Shown: one piece after another, positions 25,429 to 41,123 of the stretch
How positions within the stretch are numbered: the first letter of the stretch is position 1
Layout of the letters: the number at the start of each line of letters is the position of its first letter
From: the human T2T-CHM13v2.0 reference genome, Homo sapiens
DNA length: 64,000 bases
Strand: one strand, 5' to 3'
NCBI RefSeq assembly: GCF_009914755.1
Contig: NC_060925.1
Program-made: the position numbers and the translations under genes
The notes under the pieces: model-generated
Seen by the model: the letters and a program-made list of their open reading frames with translations, nothing else
Told to the model about the DNA's origin: nothing
The model's database searches: none

Positions 25429-28400
25429 GGGATGTCCCGCTGTGAGCTGGGGGTGACCAGACCAGGTGCATGGCATAGGGGAAGACTAAGTCCAGCTCAG
25501 GCCTGCAGAGTCTGAGCAGCCCAGGAGTCGGCCAAAGGGACTGTCAGGGAGAGGCCTGGCTGGAGGTGGGGACTTCGGGCTTGGCTGGTATTTAGATTCT
25601 AAAGTGGTTGGGCCACCCAGGGAACTGAGGCTGGTGGGAGAGAGGGGGCTCCCGCTCTGTCCTGAGGAGCTGAATTGGTGGGGAAGAGAGGCTAGGGACT
25701 GTAAAGGAGGCTGAGAAAGTGAGGAGCCAGGTGTCATGGTACACAGGCCTTCTCCAAGGGGCCAGGTGGCAGGGAGGCCATGGAGGACAGGACTGGAAGG
25801 TGGGCCATAAGCTTTGACCTCAGGGAGGCCACGGTGGTGTGTGGTTGGCCTTATAGGTGAGAGTTCTTTGCAGAAGCTTATGGCTCACTTGTCTGCTTCC
25901 TTCACTTAGCTTGGGGCTCGGGGAGGGCAGAGTTCTTTCCAGTTGGCTCAGGTTCCCCAGCGCTGGTCCCAGTTTGGCCCAGAGGATTTGTCCAATATGA
26001 ATGGATGGACAGATTGATAGATGGGCCAGCTGCCATCAGCAGGCCGTTTTCTGGAAGGGGCGTTTCGTTCATCCGCCCATCCACTGTTTTTCACCTTTTA
26101 GAATAAGAGAAACAAAATGACATTTGCTCCCCTGTAAGGATCAGCCCTGTGTCTTGGGGCTCACAGTAGAGAGTCTTGGCTTTTGTCGTGCTTGAGGCCT
26201 GGCCACCAGCGTGTTTCCTCTGCCCATTCTGGTATGCACACTCAACCCCCGGGTGGCTGTTCTGTCTCCACCCCCTGCCCTCACCAGGTCCTCAGATAGT
26301 CCCCTCTGCTTCACTGCTCCCCTGGCCCAGCATGCTTCCTGCCACCTTCTCACCACCAGCATTCCAACCCAACATCTTAGCATGGCATTCAGTGCCCTGT
26401 GTCTCCCCACCTCCCTGGTCTGCAGCTCTCTTTGGTGTCTTTGGGTGCTGTTCACTGTCCCAAGCCTGCCTTGTGCTTTCACATCTCCACACCTTTGCTG
26501 AAGCTGTGACCTCTTCCAGGAATGTCCTTCTGCCTTGTCCCTCTGTCCTGAACACACTTCTGGCCATGTCTCTTTCTGGCTTCAAGCCCCTCCCTTAGAC
26601 AAGGTCTGAGTGGCTTGGCCTGGCCCTGGCTGTCTTACCCCTTCACCTCTCACCAGGGCCCACCCTCTTGTACAGGTCCCAGGGCTGCACAGGGGATACC
26701 CACCTCAAAGGCATGTTGGGAGTCTCACATGAGATGCTGTTGATGAGCACCTAGCAGTGTGTCTGACACGCAGGAAGAGCTCAGGAAATGTTTGGCCCCT
26801 GCCCTGCCTTCCCTGTGCCTGTCACACAGTAGGTAGATACCAGGACTAGGGTCACTGACTGAATCATTAAATTACTTAGAACCAGCCAGAAAATGATGCA
26901 GAGAAATCAGGCAAAGGTGGTGTGGATCAGATTAAGTGATCTGGGGCCCATCTAGGGTGAAGGGTGGCCCCTGCCTGACCAGGGGTCTGATAAGTGGCAG
27001 GATGTTCTATCCCAGCTGTGGTACCCTGGGCAAGACCCCCTCTTCCCATAGCCTCCTGATCAGGGTAGTGGCTCTGAACTTGGCATTGAACTGAACTGAA
27101 GAGGAGGAAAAGACGGATCTCCCAGAACTGTCTGAGAAGCAGCGAGGTGCAGTGGGCAGAGTCCTGGGCCAGGGCAGGAGTGAGGCAGGGTAGGCTGTTT
27201 CACCCCATTTTACAGAGGAGGAAACCTGAGGCTTAGAGAGCTAGCACCCAGCATCACATCACAGTGCTGCTTCCTGTTTCTCATGCATGTGGCCTGAGCA
27301 AGGTGCCTCCCTCCTGGTGCCCTTGTTTCTTCCTCCGTGAAATCAGGGTGAAAATTCTTCCTTGCTTGCCATCCTCCTGAGGTTCTGATGAGAATGCCAG
27401 TGGGCACAGAAGAGCTTTGTAAACTGTGAGCAGTGCTAGATAATTGTATGGGATTGTCTTTAAAGTCATTCTGATTATTATTACTTCATTTATTCATTCC
27501 ATTATGCAACTCACATTATTGATAACCTCTGGGCCTGGGTGCTGGGGATACCCAGATGAACAGGACAGGTGTATCCAATTCTCAAGCTCCCTGCCCCCAG
27601 CCATGGAGCCTCCTTACCCTGGCTTTACATCTCGGTCCCCTCCACATTTCCCCCTGTGGACAGTAGCAGGGTTGGGACAGGTCCTGAGACTGCTGTGTGA
27701 GCGGGTGCTCACCTGTGGGGTCGCAGCCGTGTCATCCTAAGGTAGGGTTTATTCACAAGCCTGTGGTCAGGATGCGTCATTCCCCTGAATACGTAAGGGA
27801 CTGATGAGCTGGACTTCAGAGTCAGGCAGATTAGAGTGGGAATCTCAGCTCGCTGCTTACTTGCTGTGTGACCTTGAACAAGTCACTCCACCTCTCTGAA
27901 TTCAGTTTCCTGAGCTATAAAATGGGAATGATAAGAGTACCTACCTGCCTTTCAGTGTCATTGTGCCTGGCACAAGAGAGGCACTTGGTAACTTGCAGCC
28001 TCCTCACCATAATTATTGTTTCGAGTTTGTTCTGGGAAAGGATATGTCCCAGGGGTCTGGAGCATTCAGGGAGAACTCCAGGCAGGAAGTACTTCTTGTG
28101 TTGGGCTGTAAGGGATTGGTGGGCAGAGGGAAGAGCATCTTGGTGCCTGTGGATGGAGGAGCAGGGGGGCTGATAGAGGGCAGGAGCTGCCCCAGCCACC
28201 TGAGGAGGGTGCTCTGACCCAAACTGGCCCTCAGGCTGGGAGTGAGGGGTAAGGACATTTGCATATAGATATTGAGCCATTTGCATATGGGCATTTGCTC
28301 TTCCAAAGACTAGGGTTTGCAAAGCAAATTCCCCAGAGGAACCAGCTTGAGCAAATCTGATTTCTAGTTTTGACTGTGGCACCTTCGCTTTGTGGCCTTG

Positions 28401-29697
28401 GACAGGTCTCCTCCTTCCCCTCTCTCTGAGCCTCAGTTTCTTCACTGATAAAATGGTATAATAATACCTCTTGTGCCTACTTTCAAGTAAAGATCACAAG
28501 AGATAATTCATCTAAAATTTCTTTCTTAAAATATTGAGATTAGATTGTGTCCTTATTGAGGGTTTTCTCCCGAAGCCCTATAGCTACCATTCCAATAGGG
28601 GTTTCTCAAGCTCATAGAATCAGGAAAAGAGGTTGAAAGCACTTCATTTTGGTCTTTCCTGTCAAAATAAACAATTTCATTTAAGCAATAATACCAGTTA
28701 GGCAAGTGATTTCTGTAAGAGAGAGATACGAGAAACTTGACAGGGAGCAAGACTTAATGGAAACCCTCTGTGAGGCATGGTCCCTGTAAGTCACTTCTTG
28801 ACTTACTCTAGGGTCGCAGGAAGACAAACCTTCTGGAAGACTGAGATAGCCCTGAAGGCCCATCCTTCATACTGCCCTGGTTGAAAAGGCCTTCTAACCG
28901 CACAGGCCTGCCATGGAACTTGCCAGAGGTGAGGGCCACCAGACAGTTTGTCACACACTTTTACCAAAGAGCCGCAGACTGCCCTAGCTTCAGCCTCTTC
29001 AGCCCCCTCCATAACCACAGCATTCTCATCCACGTCGTTGTAGGTCAGATGTTGCACGTGACATTGAACAACCACACGTGGCCTGTTTCTTGAAGATAAC
29101 TTTCCAGAAGTACAATTTCTTGAGTCAAAGGGCAATAATCATTTGGGTCACTGTAAATTGTCCTGCCAAACTGCCCCTCAGAAAGGCTATATCTGGTGAC
29201 CTCATGTTGCCCCCTGATTTTGAGAAGGATGTCCGTACTCAAGGGGTCAGGGGGCAGAAGAGCAGGGATCAGGGATGGGCATTTACAAATTTGCTGCAGT
29301 CCTCCCCAGTTTGTCTCTGGACTTGGGGGGCCTTCTGTATGGAACCTACGGGGTTGGCACAGCAGCCTGGGGCCCTCCTGGGGGATGGAGATTGGTTGGC
29401 CAGCACTGGGGTGATAGGGGTGGGAGCTGGTTGAGAGTACTCTGGTCTGGATGTGACCTTTGCCCTATGGGGCCCACTAAGGGGGGGTGGTGGGGGTGTC
29501 ACTGAATTCCAGGTTTTTCAGCCTGGAGATGTGGCTTCCTGGCCTGGTGGGAGGCCTGCTGTGCTGTGAGGCTGGGGGACCCACGGGGACATGGATCCCA
29601 GACACTGGCCCTGACTTGAGTGGGCGCAGCTGAGGGGTGCTCGCCCCAGGCCTTGGGGAGGGCTCTCTTCCCGGTGACAGTCGCTCTCTTCCCGCAG

Positions 29698-29761
29698 GAT
29701 GGCCGAGCCTCGATTTAACAACCCCTACTTCTGGCCCCCTCCTCCCACCATGCCCAGCCAG
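29698..29761 (+). CDS. ZNF362: ZNF362 exon 3 (MAEPRFNNPYFWPPPPTMPSQ)
   Basis: Acceptor cccgcag|G, donor CAG|gtaaga; NPYFWP motif shared with the ZNF384 N-terminus. Confidence 0.95.
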
Positions 29762-29945
29762 GTAAGACTGACGTCGCCCCTCCGGCTGCCCTACCCTCCT
29801 TGGCGCTGCTTCGCTTCCCCTGGGTTTTGGCTGTGGCCTGCGGGGAGCGGGGTGAGGAGCGAGGGGCTCGCGGGTGGACCAGCGGGCCTGGGCAAGGGGC
29901 GGGAGGTGGTCCAGACCTCCTCAGCCCGTCCTCTTCTTCCCGCAG

Positions 29946-30192
29946 CTGGACAACCTGGTTCTGATTAACAAGATCAAGGAGCAGCTGATGGCCGAGAAGA
30001 TCAGGCCGCCTCACCTGCCGCCCACGTCGGCCTCGTCGCAGCAGCCGTTGCTAGTGCCGCCGGCACCCGCCGAGAGCAGCCAGGCCGTCATGTCGCTGCC
30101 CAAGCTGCAGCAGGTGCCGGGGCTGCATCCACAGGCGGTGCCGCAGCCCGACGTGGCGCTGCACGCACGGCCGGCCACCAGCACCGTCACAG
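29946..30192 (+). CDS. ZNF362: ZNF362 exon 4 (LDNLVLINKIKEQL...ATSTVT)
   Basis: Acceptor cccgcag|CTG, donor ACAG|gtaggc; 247 nt, phases 0/1 consistent. Confidence 0.95.
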
Positions 30193-32628
30193 GTAGGCCG
30201 AGCGGGCGGGGCCGGCGGGGCCGGCGAGGACTGGGCAGGAGGGGGCGGGCGTAGCGGGGGACTTGGTGAGGATGGGACCCGGCTAGGTAAGAGCAGGGCG
30301 GGCAGGGCCTAGGGGTAGGGCATAAAGCTTGGGGTGGCGGGGTTGGCCATGACGAGCCACAGCACCGGACTTCCAACGACCCAGTACTGGAAGGACCCTT
30401 CTCCCCCCAGTGGACACGACAGGAGCCGGTCACTGCCCCATGGGGCTCACCAGGAAAGTTAGGTTCACATAGAGAACTTTGGAAATCACGAGATTCTTTG
30501 GGAATCCAGAGAACGACCCTGACCAGATTTAGGGGGTAAGAGAAGACTTCCTTGGAGGAGCCAAAAGGCGAGGAAAGGTTGGCAGCAAACCAGGGAAATG
30601 GGACAGGAAGAGGGAACCGCACAGGCGGAGGGAGTATGTGTGTAGGAAGCAAGAGTAGGACAGACCGTCTGGGGTGGGGAGGCCCGGAAGATGGTGGTGA
30701 TGACAGCTAGCTCCAGTCGAGCGCCTGTGTCTGTTCACCAGTGTTCATTGTACTCCCAGCAGCCTGTGAGGTGTGTGCTGTTGGTATTAGGTGGAACACT
30801 GGACCGTTTTGACTTAGAAAAACAGCAGTTTCATGCAGTTCACCTTAATGTCTCTATTCAACAGATGAGGAAACTGAGGCAGAGAAAGGTAAAGCCACGT
30901 GCAACCACGGTTTACAGCTAGTAAGAGGCAGAGGCCGGCAGTGTGGCTCCAGAGCCTGTATCTTCACTCTGTTTTGATGCTGAGTTCTGCTGAGGCTTCG
31001 AGGAAGCAGGGACCAGATTAAAAAGGGCCCTGTAGGCCACACAGTGGTTTGGACTTGACCCTTGGGCAGTGGGGAACCACTGAAGGTTTTTAAGTAGGGG
31101 AGGAAACACTCAGATACGGGTTGAGAAAACCGAGTCTGGCTGCTAGGTGGAGACCCGGTTGTCAGGGGGTAAGCATGGAAGCAGGGAGACCTTCAGGAGT
31201 GTGGTGGCCTGGGCAATGCCGTGGTAGTGGGAATGGAGAGAAGTGGACAGATATGAGATACATTGTGGGAGAAGAGAGGACAGGATGTAGGAGCATGAGG
31301 GGAGGGAGGAGGTGAGGGAGACTCCCAGGGCACCGCCCTTGTGATGGAATCCCCGGAGAAAGAACAGGGTTGGGGAAAGATGTGAGCTCAGTCTTGGATA
31401 GGTTGAGGCTGGGGTGCCAGGCGGACATCCTGGGATAATGTCAAGGGGCTGGAGCCACCGGAGGCCTCCTCGGAGCTTGGTGGATAGGCTTTCTTGGGAG
31501 ACCTCAGTGGTTGGGCCTTTGTTCCTCCCCTGTCGCCCCTGCTGCTAGGCAGGTGCTTCTGCCTCTCTCCTTCTCTCCTGCATTTTCCCAGAGTGACCCA
31601 AGAATTACAGGGCCTGGTAAACCTCTCCAGGCCCCAGCCGCACTCTGTATGTCCCCTGTTATTATGATTTTATTAAATTTATTTTTTCCATTATAAAAGT
31701 AATATTAAAAAGTAATATAAGCATATTAAGGGAAATTTGGAAAAAAGAGAAACTAGCAACAAAAAAATCATTCATAATCCCCAGCTCCCAACTGAGCAGC
31801 TCAGAGAGGCTGTTGGTCCATTTCCTTCCTTTGCCATATTTTTGGCTTTTCAATGTTCATGTGTGTTTTGCTGAGCTTGTGGTAGGGCTGTACCCATGAT
31901 TTTAACTTGCTTTTCCTACTCACCATTCTGTCATAAACATATATGTTCCACTTTTTATTATAAAGGTAATACATAGTCATTATAGAAAATTTGGAAATTG
32001 CCGATAAGCTGAAAGGAGAAAAAATAGCCTTAATCCTACTATTGTTAAGAATTTTCATATGTTTATAATTTATTTTATTTTGTCCTTTAATCACAGATGT
32101 TAAAAATGGATAAATTCACCAGGTAAAAGATTCAAATAATACAGAATCAGATAGACAAAGTATGAAAATCTCCTTTTACCAAAAAATTATTCTCTTTCCC
32201 TAGAGAGAACCACAATTAGCAGTTTGATGTGTCTCCTCTCAGATCTATTCCTGTGCGTTTACATGCACATATATCTTGTCCAAACTACGTATGTAGTTTG
32301 AGTGTGTGTTCTTTAAAATAGATGGCCTCGTATGTCTGTGATTTGCTTTTTTCACCTGACAGCTCATTTCGACCTTCTCTCTGTGTCACTGTATCACATC
32401 GATCTTGTTTTAGTGGCTGTGCAGTTCTCCCTAATGAGAGTGGACCACAGCTCTTTACAAAGCTCATGCTGAGGACAAACAGGTTGTGTCCAATTTTGTC
32501 TGATCACAATTTTGTATGGATATGTACACACATCTTTGTGCTCATGTGGGAATATTTCTTTATTGTAAATTTCTAGAAGTAGAATTGCTTGGCCAAAAGT
32601 TGTATACATTAAAATTTATTTAAATTAA

Positions 32629-32922
<294 letters not shown>

Positions 32923-33723
32923 ATGTTTAAATTTTAATGGCTGTTGCCAGACTACCCTTCATTAACATTAAGGCTTCATTAAGGCTTTGCAAATGTACAC
33001 TCCCACCACCAGTGTATGATATAAAACATTCTCCTGCCAACTTGACATTATCTTTTTCAATGCACAAATTTTTAGTTTTTTTTTTTTTAAAAAAACATAG
33101 AACCACACAATAGGTACCATTTTCATGATTTTGTTTGCTTCAGTTGATATTATGTTTCTAGTCCTATCATTTTTAAAAGAATAACTTTTATTACAGAAGT
33201 TTTTAAAACGCTCATTGTCAAAGAATCAAGCACAGTTAAGCCTCTTTTTTTTTTTTTTTATTACTCCTGATCTACTATCCATATCACATTTTGGCACGTT
33301 CTTTCCTACTTATTTTTTTGTGTGCATACATACGTAGTTTGCTTAAACAAACATAACCTCCTTTTCAATGGGCAGTTCAGTAGAGGCAATTAATTGCTGT
33401 TTACCGAATCCTTCCCTAATGTTGCATATTTCAGTTGCCTCTAAAATTTTGCTGTTATAAATAAGACGGCAGTGAACTTCTTTGTGCCTCAGTATTTTTC
33501 TATAGTTTGAATTTTTCCAAAGTGCCCCTGTTATCTAACTCAATTTAATCTTAAGGTGTCTAAGGCATCTTACACATGCACAAGGTCTCATTTAGTTACC
33601 CCTGGGTAATAACTTATGAACGTTAAGGGGATGCTCGCCTGCCAAAATCACATAGCTGGGTGGGCAGCTGAGCTGGCCTCTGCAGCTCCGCTCACCCCTG
33701 CCCCCACCCACCTGTCTTCGCAG

Positions 33724-34057
33724 GTCTGGGGCTGTCCACCCGGACCCCGTCTGTGAGCACTTCTGAGTCAAGCGCGGGCGCGGGCACGGGCACGGGTACC
33801 AGCACCCCGTCCACACCCACCACCACCAGCCAGAGCCGCCTCATCGCCTCGTCCCCCACCCTCATCTCAGGGATCACCAGCCCCCCTCTCCTGGACTCCA
33901 TCAAGACAATCCAGGGCCACGGCCTGCTTGGCCCCCCCAAGTCCGAACGCGGCCGCAAAAAGATCAAGGCGGAGAACCCGGGGGGTCCGCCTGTCCTTGT
34001 AGTCCCCTATCCCATCCTGGCCTCGGGCGAGACTGCCAAGGAGGGCAAGACGTACAG
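33724..34057 (+). CDS. ZNF362: ZNF362 exon 5 (Ser/Thr-rich region, basic NLS-like RGRKKIK)
   Basis: Acceptor ttcgcag|GT, donor TACAG|gtgggg; 334 nt, phases 1/2. Confidence 0.95.
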
Positions 34058-34347
34058 GTGGGGGTCTTGGCGGGATGGGGTCCGAGTGGGCTTGGGGCTG
34101 GGGCTTGAGCCAGGGCTGCTCCAGGAGCCCAGCAGCGGGGCTGAAACAGGACCCTTAGGGCCGAGGGGCAGGGCTAGGGTCCAGAGGGGCGGGGCCTTCT
34201 GGAGAGCCCCACCCACATCCCAAGTCCCAGTTCGGGGAGGGCTGCTGGGGAGGGGAATAGAGGCTTGGACCCTTAGGTGTGGTCTGTGGCTGGCAGCCAC
34301 CCCCACAGCCTGGGGTTGTGAGAGTCGGTTTCCTCCTCCCTTTAAGC

Positions 34348-34858
34348 AGTGTTCTCAACCCTGGCCACCTTAGAATCACCTGAAGAGGCCGTGCACAATG
34401 GCTCATCCCTGTAATCCCAGCGCTTTGGGAGGCCAAGGCGGGTGGATCACCTGCGGTCAGGAGTTTGAGACCAGCCTGGCCAGCATGGTGAAACCTCGTC
34501 TCTACAAAAAATACAAAAGTTAGCCGGGCATGGTGGTGCGCCCCTGTAATCCTAGCTACTCAGGAGGCTGAGGCAAGAGAATAACTCGAACTTGGGAGGC
34601 AGAGGCTGCAGTGAGCCGAGGTCGGGCCACTGCACTCCAACCTGGGTGACAGGGTGAGACTCTGTCTCAAACAACAACAACAACAACAATTTTAAAGAAT
34701 CACCTGAAGAGCTTTCAGAAAATGCGGATGCCAGGGCTGCATCTCCAGGAATTCTGAGTTAATTTTCTGAGGATGGAAAGTATGGAGGGTGGGGCAGGCG
34801 TTGGTATTTCTTAGACGCTCCCCAGATGATTCTAATGAGCAGCCTGGTTGAGAACTAC
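34348..34858. mobile_element. MER5A hAT MITE interrupted by AluS (34388-34690, +)
   Basis: cagtgttctcaacc...ttagaatcacctg [Alu; TSD agaatcacctgaaga] ...gattctaatgagcagcctggttgagaactact. Confidence 0.8.
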
Positions 34859-35180
34859 TTCACGTGGTAGCGCCTCCTGCCCAGAACCGTGGGATATAGC
34901 CCTGGGCAAACCCTCACCAGGATCAGGCCTGTCTTCCCTATGAGGTGTAACCTATGCTCCAGGCTCTGTAATGTTCCCCCAGGCAAGAGCTTCCTCCTCC
35001 AGATTTAAGGGTGCCCAGGCTGGGAGACTGTCCCCTGTCTTTCCCAGGTGGTCCTGTGCTTCTTGGGCTCATCACAGGAAAGACCTGTCCCAGGTGCAAG
35101 GTCTCTCTGATGTAGAAGGCCTCCCCTGAGATGGACAGTCTGGGGGATCTTCCCACGTGAACCTGTCTCTTGCTCCGCAG

Positions 35181-35405
35181 GTGTAAGGTATGCCCACTGA
35201 CCTTTTTCACCAAGTCAGAGATGCAGATCCACTCCAAGTCGCACACAGAGGCCAAGCCCCACAAGTGCCCGCACTGCTCCAAGTCCTTTGCCAACGCCTC
35301 CTACCTGGCCCAGCACCTGCGCATCCACCTGGGCGTCAAGCCCTACCACTGCTCCTACTGTGATAAGTCCTTCCGGCAGCTCTCCCACCTCCAGCAGCAC
35401 ACCAG
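35181..35405 (+). CDS. ZNF362: ZNF362 exon 6 (C2H2 fingers 1-2 and most of 3)
   Basis: CKVC...HSKSH, CPHC...HLRIH, CSYC...H; acceptor ccgcag|G, donor CAG|gtgagt; 225 nt. Confidence 0.97.
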
Positions 35406-36133
35406 GTGAGTGGCCTGCCTGCTGCCCTGCTGCAGCCCGACTCAGCTCAGCACCCGTGGCCTGGCACATGGAGCCAGTGCAAGGAGGGGCAAGGACCTTC
35501 TCCAGGTGCCCATTGCCCTCGGGGTCACGGCCCTTGTGGACCTCACTGGCCTCAGCTGTTGTTACTGCACCCCGTCCCCACTGTTTCTCATCTCTAGGTC
35601 TTTGCACATGCTGTGTCCTTTACCAGAGAGACACCCCTCTCCCGCTTTTCCCTGTTTCTCTGGCCATCCCCTTGTCCTCTCTCAGTCTAGCTTCCTCCAG
35701 GAAGCCCTCCCTGATTGCTCTAGCTGGGTGAGGGACCCGACCTCTGTGTCCCCACAGGGCTCTGTGCATGTCCATCATAGCAGTGGTAGGCTGTCACGCC
35801 CGTGTCTCTTTATCTGCCCACCTCACTCAATCTACTGGGAGTTCTTGAAGGCAAGAGCTCAGTCTCCTCCATTTCCATATCCCCAGTTTGTGGCACAAAA
35901 TAAGCAATTATTAAATATTTTGGAATAAATATAACTGGTTTTTACAGAGCATATGATTCATCCATTTAACAAATACTTATAGAAACTTTTACTCTATGCC
36001 AGACACTATTCTAGATGTTGAGGATACAGCAAGGAAGAAAACAGACGAAAATCTCTGCCTTCGTGGGGCATACAGTCTAGTTGAGTGTGTGAAAGGGAGA
36101 CTCAAAGCTATAAATGCTTTAAGAAAAATTTGT

Positions 36134-36568
<435 letters not shown>

Positions 36569-36731
36569 TCACATGACGATGATCATCTGTGTGAGCATTG
36601 TCACGTGTTTGCCAATATCAGCATTGTAAAAGTCAGGGATAAAACTGGTTTTTGTTGTGGAGTTTGTAATTTACAGAAAGAATTCAAGGTTTTTTCTGTT
36701 TTGAGGACTAATACTATACAGAAGGGCTCTA

Positions 36732-36855
36732 TTTTTTTGAGACAGAGTCTCACTCTATTGCCCAGGCTGGAGTGCAGTGTCATGATCTCGGATCACTGCA
36801 ACCTCTGCCTCCTCAGCTTCCCAAGTAGCTGGGATTACAGGCGTGTGCCACCATG
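36732..36855 (-). mobile_element. Truncated, internally deleted Alu
   Basis: TSD gaagggctctatttttt on both sides. Confidence 0.85.
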
Positions 36856-37016
36856 AGAAGGGCTCTATTTTTTATTTGCTTTTTTTGTTTTTGTCATTTA
36901 TTCGTTTATCTCCATTGTCTTTGAATCCTTTATCCCTGGGTGCAAGATGTTTTACCTTGTCTATTTCTCTGACTTTGGGACATGATATGTGGGTATGATA
37001 GTAAGAATCAAATGGC

Positions 37017-37320
37017 AGACTGGGCTCAGTGGCTCATGCCTGTAATTCTAGCACTTTGGGAGGCTGAGATGGGTTGATCACTTGAACTCAGGAGTTCGAG
37101 ACCAGCAACATGGCAAAACCCCATTGCTACAGAAAAATACAAAATTAGCTGGGAGTAATGGTGCATGCCTGTAGTCCCGGCTACTTGGGAGGCTGAGGTG
37201 GGAGGATCGATTGCTTGAACTCAGGAGGTCGAGGCTTCAGTGAGCTGATGTCACACCACTGCACTCCAGCCTGGGGGACAGAGTGAGACCCTGTCTCAAA
37301 AGAAAAAAAATAATAAAAGA
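37017..37320 (+). mobile_element. AluJ
   Basis: Alu dimer. Confidence 0.9.
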
Positions 37321-38714
37321 ATAAAATGGTACAATGGCAGCAGGGCCAGGTGTCAGTCTGTTTTCTCGTTACCATGCCTCCCAAGGCACAAGTCTGACCA
37401 TGTAAGTTTGTTTCAGCAATTTTCTGATTTTGTTGCTACTTTGATTTTTAAAAAATTTGGCCAGGTTTATGTACAGAGATGTATGTAACAAGGTGTTGAT
37501 TGATAAAGTCCTCCCAGTTGTATGGTTCTTAAAGAGCATTTGATAGAAAAGCTTGAGAGTTAACTCTGTTAGGAGACTTTGTAAGGCCTCCAGGCCAGAA
37601 TTGTGTATGTGTGTATGTATGTGAAAAAATTTTATATTATTAGAGATCAGGAACCTAGAACCATCCAATTCACCTCTGCCAGATTGTGCCTATACAACGT
37701 GTAACGTGGCGGTTACCCTTTTTTTGGAGAATCTTCGTTTGTCAGTGTTTCTGAACAAGCAGAGATTGATGTCTTTTTATAACCTTAAAGGCTGAAATTC
37801 CACAAGCCATAAGCAGGTCCAGTCCGGTTTCCTGGAGGCCCGGGGAGGCCTCATTCCCACTTTTGAAGTGCAGTCCTTGTTTCTTACTCTCAGGCTTGTC
37901 ATGCCTAATTAAATGAAATTTGTCTTTAACTGTGACATTTCTGGCACAGCCATGGTTACAAATTTGATTTACCCAATTATATCCTGTTAGGAAGGAGGAC
38001 AGATTCTTACAGATCCTGTTTACAGAACTAATGATCGTAAAAGAAAAGGGTCTCAGCAAAGGTACTTTGAAGAGTTTTTAGCTATTATTCCTAGTAGTTT
38101 TGTAGATAAGGCCAATTACATTTGTTGTTTTCAATAGAATGATTATTTGAACATTTCCTTGATGATTTATTATTTCATATCTATGTTAGGTTTTTATAGT
38201 CCCCCTCCCACCCTCACCCCCAGAATTCTGAAGAGTTAGTTGGAAGAAGGAAGAAGGCACCATTTTAGGAATATTTTATTCCAGTTTATTGAATACAGCC
38301 TCCTAAATTGAGGATTAGCGACAGTAATAAAGAAAAAAAAAGACCTTTAGAAAATTAGAACATTAAGGGTGAAATCAGTTTCATCCAGTCCTGGGGAAAA
38401 ATTCCTGTTCCTCTGATCCTGGGTTAGTTAGCCTGCTTTCAAAGTTATCTACTTCTGGAGCAAGGACTCTTGGAGCCTACCTTGGCCTCTGGCAGTGTCT
38501 GGTCAAGAAGAGGATGTCAACGTGGCAGCCTGTATGCATTTGTCTTTTCTAGCTCAAAGCAGAGGCCTTTAATTAAGCAAGTGTGAGGGTAAAAATCAGA
38601 CCTGTTGACTAGAACAAATGATTCTGCTTAGTTAATTGTAATAATCAACAATATCACAATGGAGGACAATGGAGTCCTCTATTAAGGTATAATCATGATC
38701 AATTTTTCAAATTA

Positions 38715-39053
<339 letters not shown>

Positions 39054-39373
39054 TCAGGGTCTTTTAATCCCATAAAGCATTATCACTAATTGTTTAGGGC
39101 ATTCTAAATCTAGAGACAAAATCTTCTTAAAGAAATGTCTTTGTTGATGCTTGTTATGCCAGCCTCTGTGCATTAGATTAGGTTTTTTTGGTCCATCTTA
39201 AAAAGTGCACAAGAACATATTATATGTTATACATATTATATGTTTATGTATGTATAAAATTAACCCAGGGAGGTTGAGTTTCTCTTTTTATTTGCCAACT
39301 TTCTTACGCTACAAACTTTGTAGGGCAGCTGTCACTCTAGTGTTTGGCTAATTAAAACCATGGAGAATACATA

Positions 39374-39705
<332 letters not shown>

Positions 39706-40859
39706 TCATTGTAAGCATCCCTCCTTTTGTAAAACAAGGGAGCAAATCTTTGGTGTTGCCCAGCAGCCGTCTGGAAATGCCAAGAGCAATTGTATTTGCA
39801 TTTGCACCTTGACAATTTTATCTTTCTGAGTGGGGACCTGGATCTGAGAAAGGCGACAGCACAAAGTTGACAGAACAGGCAAGCTAATAAACACAAGAGC
39901 AAGTGATAATAATGATGAAGAATTCTGTTTTTTTTTTCCAAGAAGTAGACTTTGTTTAAAAATATTATTTGAGAACATGACCAAAAAAAAAGCAACAAAA
40001 AATTAACAGGCCTTTGAAGGAGAGGAGAGTATTTTGCCAGAATGTTCTTTGACTCAGGGATTATTCTCCATTCCTGAGGGCACAATTTTTTTTTTCCCTC
40101 TCTCTCTCTCTTTTGGACTAATTTGAGTTCATAATGGCAGGAAACCAAACAAACAACAAAAGAGGATTCTATCAACATTTGGAAGACAGTTTATAAGTCA
40201 CTAGACGCTTGCACATATAATTAAACTGATATGTCCTAACTCAGTGGCAAAGAGGCGAGTGTCCCACATGCCCAGAACTCCCAGGATTCTTTAGACAAAC
40301 AAACAAACAAAGCCAAAGCTGAAGAAACAACCAGATTCCAGATTCCTTGTCCTCTGCTATTTGACGGAGGCCCTTTCCTACTTATTTGTCCCTTGGCAGA
40401 GAACCAGGCATCAGATCATATAATCAAATCCATCTTCCCAATGTTACAGCCACTAATGAAGGGCATAAAAGAAGGTCATGTCCAAAACAGAGCCAGCCCC
40501 GGTCAAGCAATAGAGGTAGAGTTAGCAAGAGGGCAAGCAAGATCCACCCTGGGAGTTGAGAAGGTTGTGCTTGGGAGCATGGTCGGAGTGAGGCGGTTGA
40601 GTGGCGTTGGAGCATCTTAATTGGCCTGCAGCGTGAAAGGAAGGCACAAGCAAAGTGAGGGACTTGCAAAGTGTTGAACAAGTCCAGGCTTCAGAAGGAT
40701 CAGCCCTCTACATAATAAACACCACATGGATTTATAGAGAAAATAGAACATTTTCTGTTCTTGTTAGTCTGTTCATGGTAGAAAACCAGCATTGTCTCGT
40801 GCAGTTAGTGTATGTGTAAGGGTCGTCTGTACCTGCAGATATCACAGTGTGGGAGTCAG

Positions 40860-41123
<264 letters not shown>

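Larger units (their letters stand above)
29630..30370. promoter_or_regulatory. Intragenic CpG island over ZNF362 exons 3-4
   Basis: CpG-dense through both exons, the intervening intron and the downstream GC-box tract. Confidence 0.7.
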
